Positions 39,222 through 48,641 of a stretch of DNA of 64,000 nucleotides are shown piece by piece. The stretch is from positions 1,471-65,470 of the forward strand of contig CANFJV010000001.1 in assembly GCA_947447225.1 (NCBI GenBank), in the 5' to 3' direction. The notes under the pieces are model-generated. The model saw only the letters and a list, made by a program, of their open reading frames with translations, was not told where the DNA came from and did not search any database. A program made the position numbers and the translations under genes. The stretch comes from Acidimicrobiaceae bacterium (GTDB lineage Bacteria > Actinomycetota > Acidimicrobiia > Acidimicrobiales > RAAP-2). The first letter of the stretch is position 1. Each line of letters opens with the position of its first letter.

Positions 39222-40166
39222 GTGGCCCGCTACCAACCCGTTCACGGTCGGAAATCACCTCCACGCCCGCTGCCTCGACGGAATCTGTTCTTTGCTGTTG
39301 GCGGAGCAAGTATTGTTGCGCTCTCCACCTTGGTACTACTCAATCTTTCCTCGTCACCAACGTCGACCCAAGTCGCTGGCGCTGCAGTCACAACCAAGAT
39401 CACGACGACCACCGTCGTTGTATCCAATCCGTTTGCGGCACCAATTTCGGCCTATCTCGCCACTCGAAACAACACCGTGTCGGTGGCGTTTCAAGATCTT
39501 CAAACCGGCCAGATCACCCTGCTCGGAAGCCAAGCCCCGCAATTCACGGCGTCAATGTCCAAACTCGATATTGCCGAGACCTTGGTCCACCAACAACCAC
39601 CTGGTGCGCCAATTGTGCCTGAGCACCTGAAAACGACGCTTGCTTCCATGCTGGAGTGGAGTGACAATGACGCCGCCGTCAGGCTCTGGAAAGCCGTTGG
39701 TAATGGTCCGGCCATCAGCGCCTTTAACGAAGCTATCGGCATGGAGTCAACCGAGGTCCCCCACTGGGAAGCCTTTGGTCGAGTGAAGACCACGCCGCAT
39801 GACCAACTCATCTTGCTCAATCAACTGCTGCCCAATTCAGTGAATTCGCTCCTGTCAAACGCACAGCGGCGGTATCTGTTGACGCTGCTTGACCATGTGG
39901 TCTCTGATCAGCGATGGGGGGTGAGCGGCGGCATGCCACCTGGGGCAACCGCAGACCTCAAAAATGGCTGGGTCCCCTTAGACGGCATGGGAGTTCCCGA
40001 CTGGCAAGTGAACAGTGCGGGTTGGGTCCACGGCGGTGGTGTCAACTTCCTGCTTGCCGTGATGACCACCGGCAACGCGAACAAAGAATATGGCGTTGCG
40101 ACAATTGATGGAGTGGCCAAGATTGTCGAACAGGTCCTCGCCCATCAAGCATCTCCTTCGGCCTAA
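39222..40166 (+). CDS. membrane-anchored/secreted serine hydrolase, class A beta-lactamase-like
   Basis: N-terminal hydrophobic anchor, the SxxK motif SMSK, and WSDNDAA (SDN-like). Confidence 0.7.
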   Translation: MARYQPVHGRKSPPRPLPRRNLFFAVGGASIVALSTLVLLNLSSSPTSTQVAGAAVTTKITTTTVVVSNPFAAPISAYLATRNNTVSVAFQDLQTGQITLLGSQAPQFTASMSKLDIAETLVHQQPPGAPIVPEHLKTTLASMLEWSDNDAAVRLWKAVGNGPAISAFNEAIGMESTEVPHWEAFGRVKTTPHDQLILLNQLLPNSVNSLLSNAQRRYLLTLLDHVVSDQRWGVSGGMPPGATADLKNGWVPLDGMGVPDWQVNSAGWVHGGGVNFLLAVMTTGNANKEYGVATIDGVAKIVEQVLAHQASPSA

Positions 40167-40203
40167 CTGCAACGTGGCCCGATCGATCTGCCTACCATGA
40201 GGT

Positions 40204-41001
40204 ATGCGCATTGTCTCGTGGAACGTCAACGGAATTCGAGCTGTTCACAAAAAGGACCTCTTCCACCCATTTCTTGACTCACTGAAGCCCGATGTGGTGT
40301 GTTTGCAAGAGATTAAGAGCCAAGAGCACGAATTTGATGGAGATCTCTCAGAGTTCGATGCCCACTGGCACCCAGCGGTGAAAAAGGGATACTCCGGCAC
40401 GGCAATCTTTTCGAAGCCTCAACCACTGTCAGTGGTGAAAGGACTGCCAGCGGCAATCGTTGACAAATATGACCTCACTAATGATGACTTTGGTGACGTG
40501 AGTAGCGAAGGTCGCGTCGTCACCGCTGAATACGACGACTTCTTCCTCGTCACGGTGTACACCCCAAATGCCAAGGGCGACCTTGGCCGCTTGAAGTTGC
40601 GTCATGAAAAGTGGGACCCAGCGTTTCTCGCCTACATGAAAAAACTTGAGAAAAAGAAGCCCGTCATTTTCTGTGGCGACTTGAACGTCGCCCATCAACC
40701 CGATGATCTCGCCAACCCAAAGCCCAATGAGGGAAAGGCTGGCTACACCGACGAAGAACGCTTTGGATTCGAGCAGTTCTTAGCCGCAGGCTTTGTCGAT
40801 ACGTTTCGAATGTTCACCGAAGGTAACGGCCACTACACCTGGTGGTCCTACGTCACTGGCGCCCGTGCCCGAAATGCCGGCTGGCGCATTGACTATTTTC
40901 TCGTTTCCGAGTCACTCAAAGACCGCGTGATCGCGGCAGAAATTCATGCCGACATCATGGGCAGCGATCATTGCCCGGTCTCCATCACCTTGGCTGACTA
41001 G
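40204..41001 (+). CDS. xthA: exodeoxyribonuclease III
   Basis: MRIVSWNVNGIRA, LQEIK and GSDHCPV. Confidence 0.93.
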   Translation: MRIVSWNVNGIRAVHKKDLFHPFLDSLKPDVVCLQEIKSQEHEFDGDLSEFDAHWHPAVKKGYSGTAIFSKPQPLSVVKGLPAAIVDKYDLTNDDFGDVSSEGRVVTAEYDDFFLVTVYTPNAKGDLGRLKLRHEKWDPAFLAYMKKLEKKKPVIFCGDLNVAHQPDDLANPKPNEGKAGYTDEERFGFEQFLAAGFVDTFRMFTEGNGHYTWWSYVTGARARNAGWRIDYFLVSESLKDRVIAAEIHADIMGSDHCPVSITLAD

Positions 41002-41054
41002 CAAACGATCAGCGCTACTTCGTTACCGGTCTTCCAAGTTGAGGGGAATGCGCA

Positions 41055-41096
41055 ATGCCGTCTTGCTCGACGAAAACGCGTCGAACAAGACGGCAT
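41055..41096. terminator. 18-bp stem (1 mismatch), 6-nt loop hairpin between convergent genes
   Basis: atgccgtcttgctcgacg-aaaacg-cgtcgaacaagacggcat. Confidence 0.7.
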
Positions 41097-41106
41097 GAGC
41101 AAATGC

Positions 41107-41577
41107 TCAGCGACAGGTTGACGTGAGCGAGGTGTTTGACACCGTGATGATGCCAGCCGCATTCGTGTGCACCATCATCGAGCCCGAGATGCGCTCGTTG
41201 AGGACCGAACCCTGACCGGTCAGTTGGCCGGTAAGTGTGATGGCGTAGGCGCCCTCGCCGTTATTCGCGTTCTGTCGCTCTCCGATAGACATCTTGAGAC
41301 CAACTTGGTACTTCGCACCCGTGGTCATGCCGACGCCGCTGAGGTTCTGTGAGGTGAGCTGAAGACGTGATTGTGCCATATTCGCATTCGAGGAAACCTC
41401 GATGAGGACGTGCAATGAGCCGAAAACGTTGACACTCTCGCCACTGCACCCTGAAATCGATACCGTGGAAATAGCGATATCGGTGTTGGTCACCACCACT
41501 CCAAAGGCGGGCGTGGCACTCAAGCCAAGGGCTAGTGCTGTGGTTGAGGTCGCTGCAAGGAGGCGTGAAAGCCGCAT
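41107..41577 (-). CDS. secreted hypothetical protein
   Basis: Signal peptide MRLSRLLAATSTTALALGLSATPAFG, a Ser/Thr/Gly/Asn-rich beta-like body, and two Cys (one is the penultimate residue). Confidence 0.6.
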   Translation of the reverse strand: MRLSRLLAATSTTALALGLSATPAFGVVVTNTDIAISTVSISGCSGESVNVFGSLHVLIEVSSNANMAQSRLQLTSQNLSGVGMTTGAKYQVGLKMSIGERQNANNGEGAYAITLTGQLTGQGSVLNERISGSMMVHTNAAGIITVSNTSLTSTCR

Positions 41578-41677
41578 GGAACATCACTTTCGTCTTCCAG
41601 GCAGGGAATCTGCTCTGGGGGTTGCATCCTTTCATGGAGAAAAGTCGCGGCCTTGGATGTTCCATGGCATTGGTCGA

Positions 41678-43783
41678 TTAGGGCAACTGCTGAACGACGA
41701 GTGGCATCACCGAAGATGCCCCCGCCCCTCGCAGCAGCGAAGCGGCCACCGTCATTGTCCAACCACTGCGGTAGGTGTCATCAACGAGGAGCAACGGTCC
41801 GTTCGACGGCACCATCGCCTCATTTCTCACCGTCATCGAGGACAACAGCTGTTCCACCTTTGCCTTTGACGCCGCTTGCGGATCAGGAGCAGGACCACTC
41901 ATCGCAAGGGCATCAACGAGCTCCAATTTGCCAGCGCGGGCAATGTGCTCGGCCATCTGCATGATGAGGCGGGGGTGGCGTCGTGAGGGCATTGGCACCA
42001 CTGCGATCGGTCTCGCATTCCAGGTGGTTCGCCACTTGGCGAGTACCGCGATCATCCCGTCCAAGACCTCATCGGTGGCCTTGTCATCTTCTAGAGCAAG
42101 CAGACGAGCCGCAGCACGCCAGGCTGGTGCATCAGCGAAGAACACCGCACGACCGTCGGCGGGGCCAACAATTCGACCTCGGTGGCCACTGCTCAACCCG
42201 CTTGGCCAAAGCTTTCGAGGCTCAAGGCTGACGACTTCTCCGCGCAAATATTCGGTTGCTGCGACCAGAGATTCTGCATCGATGGTTAGGCCATCAATTG
42301 GGGCATGTCCAGTGCACACGGAACAACGCCCACATGGAGCGGGGTCCAGATCATCTAAGGCGAGTTGCAAGAACTGCATCAGGCAGCCTTTGGCCGCCGC
42401 ATAGGAGCGCATGAGGTCGGCCTCGCACGCACGGGCTGCTTTGACGCTCTCCCACTTTTCATGGTCGTAGGTGTAGGCGACCCCGGTCCCGATCCAACCA
42501 CCTTCGACTCGCTCGACTGCACCTTCAACCGCAACAATGCGTAAGAGTGCTTCGAGGCGACTCCTTCGAATACCAGTATCTGACTCAAGTGCTGGAACCG
42601 ACAGTGGTTCCGTTCTGTTGCCGAGAATGTTGAGGGTCTTGACGATGTCACGTTCATCGGGGATTGAGGCGGTGGCGAAGTACTCCCACAGCCGCTCGTC
42701 GGTTTCTGCCGGCAACAGAATTGCGTCTGCTCGATCGAGCTTTCTTCCGGCTCGACCCACTTGTTGGTAGTAGGCAACGGGAGAATCGGGTGAGCCCACA
42801 TGGATGCAAAAGGAGAGGTCTGGCATGTCATAGCCCATTCCAAGTGCAGAGGTGGCTACGACCGCCTTTACGCCATGTGCTCGGAGTGCGTCTTCGACCT
42901 CCAAGCGACGCTCTGGCTCGAGCCGACCTGAATAGGCAACGACGTTGTGCCCAAGTTTCCTCAAGAACCCAGCTAGCCGATCGGTGTCGGCCACTGTTGG
43001 CACATAGATGATTCCTGAACCGTCGAGATGACCAAGTGCTTGATCGACCCAAACGAAGCGTTCAATGGGGCCGAGATGAGGAACAACGGAGAGGCGAAGT
43101 GACGAACGAGCCAGCGTGCCTCGCAGCACCACGGTGTCACTGCCAAGTTGGACAGCAACATCTGCGGTGACTCGACCATTGGCCGTGGCGGTCGTCGCGA
43201 GCACGGGTGTTGTTGGACTCTCTGCGAGAAGGTGTGCCACGCGTTGGTAGTCGGGTCGAAAGTCGAATCCCCAATCAGAAATGCAGTGTGCTTCGTCAAT
43301 CACGATGAGGCCAGCTCCGGCAATGAGTGGACCCATTCGATGAGCGAATTTTGGGTTGGAGAGTCTTTCGGGTGACACAAGCAACACGTCGATCTTGCCG
43401 TGCTCCACGCTCGCCATGAGGCGATCCCAATCATCGATATTGGTGGAATTGATCGTTGCAGCGGTGAGCCCCGCTCGCTCAGCTGCGCTCACCTGGTCTC
43501 GCATGAGCGCGAGCAGTGGCGACACGACGAGAGTCGGACCACGCCCAAGCGAGCGAAGTGCCGACGTCGCCGCCCAGTACACGAGCGACTTTCCCCAACC
43601 CGTTGCCTGCACCACTAGGACTCGAGCGCCGTCAACAACAAGAGCGCTCACTGCGGCAAGCTGATCTGCTCGAGGCGTCGCCTCAATGCCAGCAAGTGCG
43701 ATCACGACCCGTTCAGTATGAGTGTGCGCGAGTTTGACGAGCTCTTCATGGGTCGGTGCATTCATCTCATGGTTCGCCGTCAT
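41678..43783 (-). CDS. RecQ-family DNA helicase fused to a C-terminal ComF/phosphoribosyltransferase-like domain
   Basis: Helicase motifs VVQATGWGKSLVY, VIDEAHCISDWGFDFRPDY and ATTATA, plus the Zn-binding motif CGRCSVC. The C-terminus reads VVPMPSRRHPR...LLLVDDTYRSGWTMT (PRT-type loop). Confidence 0.8.
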   Translation of the reverse strand: MTANHEMNAPTHEELVKLAHTHTERVVIALAGIEATPRADQLAAVSALVVDGARVLVVQATGWGKSLVYWAATSALRSLGRGPTLVVSPLLALMRDQVSAAERAGLTAATINSTNIDDWDRLMASVEHGKIDVLLVSPERLSNPKFAHRMGPLIAGAGLIVIDEAHCISDWGFDFRPDYQRVAHLLAESPTTPVLATTATANGRVTADVAVQLGSDTVVLRGTLARSSLRLSVVPHLGPIERFVWVDQALGHLDGSGIIYVPTVADTDRLAGFLRKLGHNVVAYSGRLEPERRLEVEDALRAHGVKAVVATSALGMGYDMPDLSFCIHVGSPDSPVAYYQQVGRAGRKLDRADAILLPAETDERLWEYFATASIPDERDIVKTLNILGNRTEPLSVPALESDTGIRRSRLEALLRIVAVEGAVERVEGGWIGTGVAYTYDHEKWESVKAARACEADLMRSYAAAKGCLMQFLQLALDDLDPAPCGRCSVCTGHAPIDGLTIDAESLVAATEYLRGEVVSLEPRKLWPSGLSSGHRGRIVGPADGRAVFFADAPAWRAAARLLALEDDKATDEVLDGMIAVLAKWRTTWNARPIAVVPMPSRRHPRLIMQMAEHIARAGKLELVDALAMSGPAPDPQAASKAKVEQLLSSMTVRNEAMVPSNGPLLLVDDTYRSGWTMTVAASLLRGAGASSVMPLVVQQLP

Positions 43784-44066
43784 TGCAGCATCCTTTCAGC
43801 AGTTCAACGTTGCGTTGAAAAAGTCACCGACCCTACGTTTCGGGTGTCACCTATCCACCAAGGATTTGAGGACTCCAATCACCCTAGAGCCGAGATTTTT
43901 CGGTATTCACCCAGATAAAACAGGGTTTTTCGTTCTGTGGTCGATCGTCCAAATACCCCATGTTGTATGATGATTCCACCATCAAGAGCAGACGAGGGCC
44001 GTGGCCCGTTGACCCTGCCGCAACCGACCGAGAGGCACGGTGCGAATGCCACGCGATGGAGGAACA

Positions 44067-44387
44067 ATGCAAGTAACCATCGATCGAGGCATCCTCGGCT
44101 CGAGTGTTCACCCGCTCTCAAGGAATGTTGCAGCGTCAAATTTCCAGGTGTCCTCCTGGTTCTTTCGGCCATCGACCACCCTTCGATGCCTTTCACCTCA
44201 CGGCAACGAGCGCAAAGATCATCACGCTGTCGATCGCGTGAGTCGCGACTCGCACGTTTTCTCACCGCATCGACTGCTCGACAAATTCGCTTACCAAGGA
44301 GAGACGGCACGTGGCCTCGAGTCTGGCGAATCGCTCAGCACTCAATCGCTGAGCTTCGAGAGTCAACGAGCCCGCGCACCATCGTGA
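44067..44387 (+). CDS. hypothetical Ser/Arg-rich protein (106 aa), uncertain
   Basis: GGAGG lies 4 nt before ATG 44067. Third-position G+C is roughly genome-like by hand count. No motif recognised. Confidence 0.3.
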   Translation: MQVTIDRGILGSSVHPLSRNVAASNFQVSSWFFRPSTTLRCLSPHGNERKDHHAVDRVSRDSHVFSPHRLLDKFAYQGETARGLESGESLSTQSLSFESQRARAPS

Positions 44388-44425
44388 CGTTCCCACGAAC
44401 CACGCACCCCAAGAACCAAACAAAA

Positions 44426-44431
44426 AAGGAG
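44426..44431 (+). promoter_or_regulatory. Shine-Dalgarno AAGGAG for the first zinc-ribbon-like ORF
   Basis: caaaaaAGGAGatctaccaATG, with 8-nt spacing to ATG 44440. Confidence 0.75.
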
Positions 44432-44439
44432 ATCTACCA

Positions 44440-44733
44440 ATGCAGCCAGTTCCACCATCAGTATGGTGCCCCCACGTGTTCTCGAAAGAGGTTCCGAGAA
44501 CGTCAAAACCCCAGCTTCGGCACCCGAAGCAAGCTGAGATGTACTTGCGTTCAGTGAGGCCATGGGCACCGTACGGATTCGATACAGAGTTTACCAATCA
44601 GTGTCAATTGTGCGGGATGCCGATAGACCAATGGGTCATTCCTGAACACCTCCTCCCGAAGCCACCGGAAGCACCGCAACCACAAAAGAAGAAGCGCTGG
44701 TGGCAACTCCTTGGCAAGAAGTGGACGTCATGA
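44440..44733 (+). CDS. hypothetical 97-aa CPH...CxxC zinc-ribbon-like protein with a basic Trp-rich tail (paralog 1)
   Basis: Strong SD. C10-P-H12 ... C55-x-x-C58 and tail KKKRWWQLLGKKWTS. It aligns over its whole length with the ORF at 44837. Confidence 0.65.
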   Translation: MQPVPPSVWCPHVFSKEVPRTSKPQLRHPKQAEMYLRSVRPWAPYGFDTEFTNQCQLCGMPIDQWVIPEHLLPKPPEAPQPQKKKRWWQLLGKKWTS

Positions 44734-44840
44734 CCATGAAGGCGATAAGTCTCCGCCGTTTTCACGGCACGAAACCGGCTACTCCGTCCAACCAAGAGGT
44801 AGTCGACTCGAACACACAACCCCTCTGGGAACTGGCATGA
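44730..44840 (+). CDS. 36-codon bridging micro-ORF (MTMKAISLRRFHGTKPATPSNQEVVDSNTQPLWELA)
   Basis: Its ATG overlaps the upstream TGA (ATGA at 44730-33) and its TGA overlaps the downstream ATG (ATGA at 44837-40). It falls below the ORF-track length cutoff. Confidence 0.45.
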   Translation: MTMKAISLRRFHGTKPATPSNQEVVDSNTQPLWELA

Positions 44841-45268
44841 GCCCTTCTCCAAGAAACTACGAAGACCCTCTTGCGAAACACAAACGAGCCCAAGCAACCA
44901 GTGAATTCGCAGAACAGATTGCCAAAGGAATTGGAAAACGGCCCATGACCGGGAAAACAGCTTCAGCAACGCGAGGGCCGGAAGAAAAATGCCCTCATCT
45001 CTACAGCGTCGTTGTGCCTCGAACCTTTGAAGAACGCCTCTATCGGCCAAGCCCCCCAAGTCTTCGCGGCTCTAAATACGGCTGGATGACAGTCACGTTC
45101 AGATACTGCCCCTATTGCCGACTTGACCTCACAAAGCCCCTGCCCAGAGAGAGGCGTTGGCTGAGCAAATGGACGGGGTCGTGGTTCTCTACGCGGCCCG
45201 GGAGGGCCTACAGGAAGAAATTTCCGGAAAAGGTGATCGACCCCTATGGCCTCCACGATCTGTTCTGA
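44837..45268 (+). CDS. hypothetical 143-aa CPH...CxxC zinc-ribbon-like protein (paralog 2)
   Basis: C52-P-H54 ... C91-P-Y-C94 followed by RERRWLSKWTGSWFS. ATG 44837 was chosen for the ATGA coupling; the frame is open from TTG 44711. Confidence 0.6.
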   Translation: MSPSPRNYEDPLAKHKRAQATSEFAEQIAKGIGKRPMTGKTASATRGPEEKCPHLYSVVVPRTFEERLYRPSPPSLRGSKYGWMTVTFRYCPYCRLDLTKPLPRERRWLSKWTGSWFSTRPGRAYRKKFPEKVIDPYGLHDLF

Positions 45269-45290
45269 GACAACGTGCTAACACTTTCAG

Positions 45291-46181
45291 GTGGCTGAAC
45301 CCAAGGTTGTCCTCTTCTATTGCTTCACTCCTCTCGCTGATCCACCGGCCATTCGCCTTTGGCAGAAGACCCTGTGTGAGTCTTTAGATCTGCGAGGCCG
45401 CATCATCATTTCGCCGCATGGGATCAATGCCACCGTTGGTGGTGATCTGAAAGCGGTCAAACGCTATGTTCGCGACACCAAGTCCTACCTGCCGTTCAAG
45501 CACATTGATGTGAAGTGGTCAGTCGGGCGTGGTGATGATTTCCCGCGCCTATCGGTCAAGGTGCGCCCTGAGCTTGTGGCCTTTGGCGCACCAGAAGAAG
45601 TCTTGGTGAATGAAGATGGAGTCGTTGGTGGCGGCGTGCACCTAAGCCCAGCTGAGCTACACGCACTTGTCACAGCTCGTGGAGAAGAGGTTGTCTTCTT
45701 TGATGGGCGAAATGCCTTTGAGGCAGAAGTCGGCAAATTCAAAAATGCGATCGTTCCCAACATCAAGACCTCGCATGATTTCGTTGCCGAAATCGAAAGT
45801 GGCAAGTACGACGATTTGATGGACAAACCAGTTGTCACCTATTGCACCGGTGGCATTCGCTGCGAGGTTTTGAGTGCCGTGATGAAGCGTCGCGGCTTCA
45901 ACGAGGTATATCAACTCCATGGCGGCATCATCCGCTACGGCGAAGCTTTTGGTGACAAGGGTCTATGGGAAGGCTCGCTCGTCGTCTTTGATGAGCGCAT
46001 GGTGCAGACCTTTTCCGAGCATCCAAAGGTCATCAGCCACTGTGAATCGTGTGAGACGCCGACCACGAACTACATCAACTGCGGCAACCTTGCCTGCAGA
46101 GCACTGCTCCTGCTTTGCCCAACTTGCATTGAAAATGGCGCAGGAGCCACGTGTTCGCCCAGTCATAAAGGACGAAGGTAG
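45291..46181 (+). CDS. trhO: rhodanese-domain tRNA uridine(34) hydroxylase (TrhO/YceA, UPF0176)
   Basis: [14 protein letters not shown]-terminus, rhodanese loop YCTGGIRCE, and a Cys-rich C-terminus CESC...CGN..C...CPTC. Confidence 0.85.
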   Translation: MAEPKVVLFYCFTPLADPPAIRLWQKTLCESLDLRGRIIISPHGINATVGGDLKAVKRYVRDTKSYLPFKHIDVKWSVGRGDDFPRLSVKVRPELVAFGAPEEVLVNEDGVVGGGVHLSPAELHALVTARGEEVVFFDGRNAFEAEVGKFKNAIVPNIKTSHDFVAEIESGKYDDLMDKPVVTYCTGGIRCEVLSAVMKRRGFNEVYQLHGGIIRYGEAFGDKGLWEGSLVVFDERMVQTFSEHPKVISHCESCETPTTNYINCGNLACRALLLLCPTCIENGAGATCSPSHKGRR

Positions 46182-46273
46182 AACAAACCCAAAAGCGGAT
46201 TTGTCGTTGACAACAAGGGCGAGGAACACAAACTTCGCAACCTGCCATGAAAGAATGAAGCGGAGGAAACGCA

Positions 46274-46867
46274 ATGACGACTGCCACGCGAAACGTAGAA
46301 CCAGGGCGCCGGACGCGAATACTGAAAGACGAAGCTCGGGCGCGGTTGATTTCTGCAACGATCACACTGTGCGAGCGCCTGCCCTTTAACGAGGTCAGCA
46401 CTCGAATGATCTGCGCCGAGGCAGGACTGAACCCGTCAACCATCCTTCAACAGTTCGGAACCCTTGACGCTCTTCTTGCCGAGTCCGCCAAGGAACTTGT
46501 CCGTCGATATACCAGTGACCGGGACAACTGGAGTGGAGAACCCTCCGCGTTCAGCGACGACGGGATCGCACTGAGAAGTCGACTTGTCGCGTGGCTCCTT
46601 CTTAAAGGGTATGAGCCGCAGCAACTCCGAAGTGAACTCCTGACGGATGAAACAGTTATGGCCCGTCAGGTTGCTGTGCTTCACGTTGGCAACCGCATGG
46701 CAGCGGCATGGACCTCACTGACATCGATGATCGTCGAAGCCAACGCCATCTTCGGTCCAACACACCAGCTCAGCGAACAAGAAACCCAAGACGTCGTGCA
46801 ACTGGTCTTTGCCATGCGAGAGGCACTTCCCGCAATTGAAGAAAAAATGGGTTGGGAGGCGTCCTAG
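46274..46867 (+). CDS. TetR-family transcriptional regulator
   Basis: N-terminal HTH FNEVSTRMICAEAGLNPSTILQQFGT. Confidence 0.8.
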   Translation: MTTATRNVEPGRRTRILKDEARARLISATITLCERLPFNEVSTRMICAEAGLNPSTILQQFGTLDALLAESAKELVRRYTSDRDNWSGEPSAFSDDGIALRSRLVAWLLLKGYEPQQLRSELLTDETVMARQVAVLHVGNRMAAAWTSLTSMIVEANAIFGPTHQLSEQETQDVVQLVFAMREALPAIEEKMGWEAS

Positions 46868-46987
46868 GCGACGTCGCACACGACGACGCTGCAACCCTGT
46901 GCGCCGTTGGTCTCCACCAAGTCAGTGAACGTTGACCGCCAAGACATTGGACATCACTGAACGAACATCTTTGCTGCCAGCAGTTGC

Positions 46988-48598
46988 CTATGGCTGGTAG
47001 ACGCCAAACTCTCCGCGCAGCACGTCGGCAACTTCACCCAAGGTGGCGAGGTTGCGAAGCGCCTCTTTCATTGGGATGAGGAGGTTCTGCGTTCCGCGAG
47101 CAGCAGCTTCAACATCGGCCAACGCTGCATCGACTGCTGCTTGGTTACGCTTCTCCCGAACGGCCTTCACACTGGCAATTTGCGATCGCTGGAGCTCTGG
47201 GTCAATCGGGAAGACTTCCGTTGGCTCTGTTGCCTGGTCGGTGAACTTGTTCACACCAACAACGATTTGCTCACCGGAGTCAATTGCGCGAGCAACGGCA
47301 TAGGCCGCCGACTCGATTTCATCTTGCATGAAGTGCGCCTCAATGGCCGATACTGCGCCACCGAGTGCATCAATGCGCTCCAAGTACTCCCAAGCCGCAG
47401 CTTCAACTTCGTTCGTCAGTGATTCCACGAAATACGAACCTGCGAGTGGGTCGACGGTGTCAGCAACACCTGACTCATAGCCAATAATTTGCTGCGTGCG
47501 AAGGGCGAGTTTGGCTGCCTTCTCGGTCGGCAGACCAAGGGCTTCGTCAAAGCCATTGGTGTGCAGACTCTGCGTGCCGCCAAGCACTGCAGACAAGGCC
47601 TGGAGGGTCACGCGCACCAAGTTGTTCTCTGGCTGCTGTGCCGTAAGGGTCGAACCACCGGTTTGCGTGTGGAAGCGAAGTGTCTTGCTGCGCTCGTCTT
47701 TTGCCCCAAAACGCTCGGTCATAATCTTGGCCCACATGCGGCGAGCGGCACGATATTTCGCCACTTCTTCGAACACATTGTTGTGCGCGTTCCAAAAGAA
47801 GCTCAGGCGAGGTGCAAACGCATCGACGTCAAGACCTGCTGCTTGAGCAGCTTCCACATAGGCAATGCCATTGGCCAAGGTGAACGCAATTTCTTGCACT
47901 GCCGTCGATCCTGCTTCACGAATGTGATAGCCCGAAATCGAAATGGTGTTCCAGCTTGGGAGGTGCTCGGCGCAGTAGGCAAAGGTGTCGACGATGAGCC
48001 GCATGGACTGTCGAGGTGGGTAGATATACGTGCCGCGAGCGACGTATTCCTTCAAGATGTCGTTTTGGATCGTGCCGCGGATCTTCGGTCCAGGAACGCC
48101 TTGTTCTTCAGCAACCAACTGATACATGAGCAGCAATGTTGACGCCGTTGAGTTGATCGTCATTGACGTCGTCACGGTGTCAAGGGGAAGTCCGCCGAGC
48201 AAGATGCGCATGTCATCAAGCGAGTCAATGGCAACGCCAACCTTGCCCACTTCACCTTCGGCTCGAGCGTGGTCAGAGTCGTAACCCATTTGCGTTGGAA
48301 GATCGAAGGCGCAGCTCAAACCAGTTTGTCCAGCCCCGAGCAAGAACTTGAATCGCTCGTTGGTTGACGCGGCGGTACCAAAGCCGGCGTACTGGCGCAT
48401 GGTCCAAAGACGCTGGCGATACATTTCCGCGTGCACGCCGCGGGTGTAGGGGTAGCTGCCTGGGTTCCCTAAGGCAACACTTGGGTCGAAGCCTTCGAGG
48501 TCGGCTTGGGTATAGAGCTCGTTGACGGTGAGGTCAGAACTCGTGCGGCGAGAAGTCGGCTTGTCAGTCACACGAACAGGATAGGCGCAGTCGACCAA
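46988..48598 (-). CDS. methylmalonyl-CoA mutase family, large (substrate-binding) subunit without a B12-binding domain
   Basis: YPYTRGV, RQYAGFG and [21 protein letters not shown]. About 530 aa ends before any DxHxxG domain. The start is TTG 48598 or GTG 48571. Confidence 0.85.
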   Translation of the reverse strand: MVDCAYPVRVTDKPTSRRTSSDLTVNELYTQADLEGFDPSVALGNPGSYPYTRGVHAEMYRQRLWTMRQYAGFGTAASTNERFKFLLGAGQTGLSCAFDLPTQMGYDSDHARAEGEVGKVGVAIDSLDDMRILLGGLPLDTVTTSMTINSTASTLLLMYQLVAEEQGVPGPKIRGTIQNDILKEYVARGTYIYPPRQSMRLIVDTFAYCAEHLPSWNTISISGYHIREAGSTAVQEIAFTLANGIAYVEAAQAAGLDVDAFAPRLSFFWNAHNNVFEEVAKYRAARRMWAKIMTERFGAKDERSKTLRFHTQTGGSTLTAQQPENNLVRVTLQALSAVLGGTQSLHTNGFDEALGLPTEKAAKLALRTQQIIGYESGVADTVDPLAGSYFVESLTNEVEAAAWEYLERIDALGGAVSAIEAHFMQDEIESAAYAVARAIDSGEQIVVGVNKFTDQATEPTEVFPIDPELQRSQIASVKAVREKRNQAAVDAALADVEAAARGTQNLLIPMKEALRNLATLGEVADVLRGEFGVYQP

Positions 48599-48641
48599 GT
48601 GCCCACTCGCCGAGTGCGCACTTGGTCAATTGGCAAAGGTC

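Noticed and set aside
43879-44557. ORFs 43879-44310 (minus), 43884-44111 (minus) and 43937-44557 (plus) in the AT-richer gap
   Set aside because: Their compositions are Arg/Ser/Cys-rich and implausible. They have no SD, they overlap each other, and the plus-strand one runs through the well-supported start of the first zinc-ribbon ORF.
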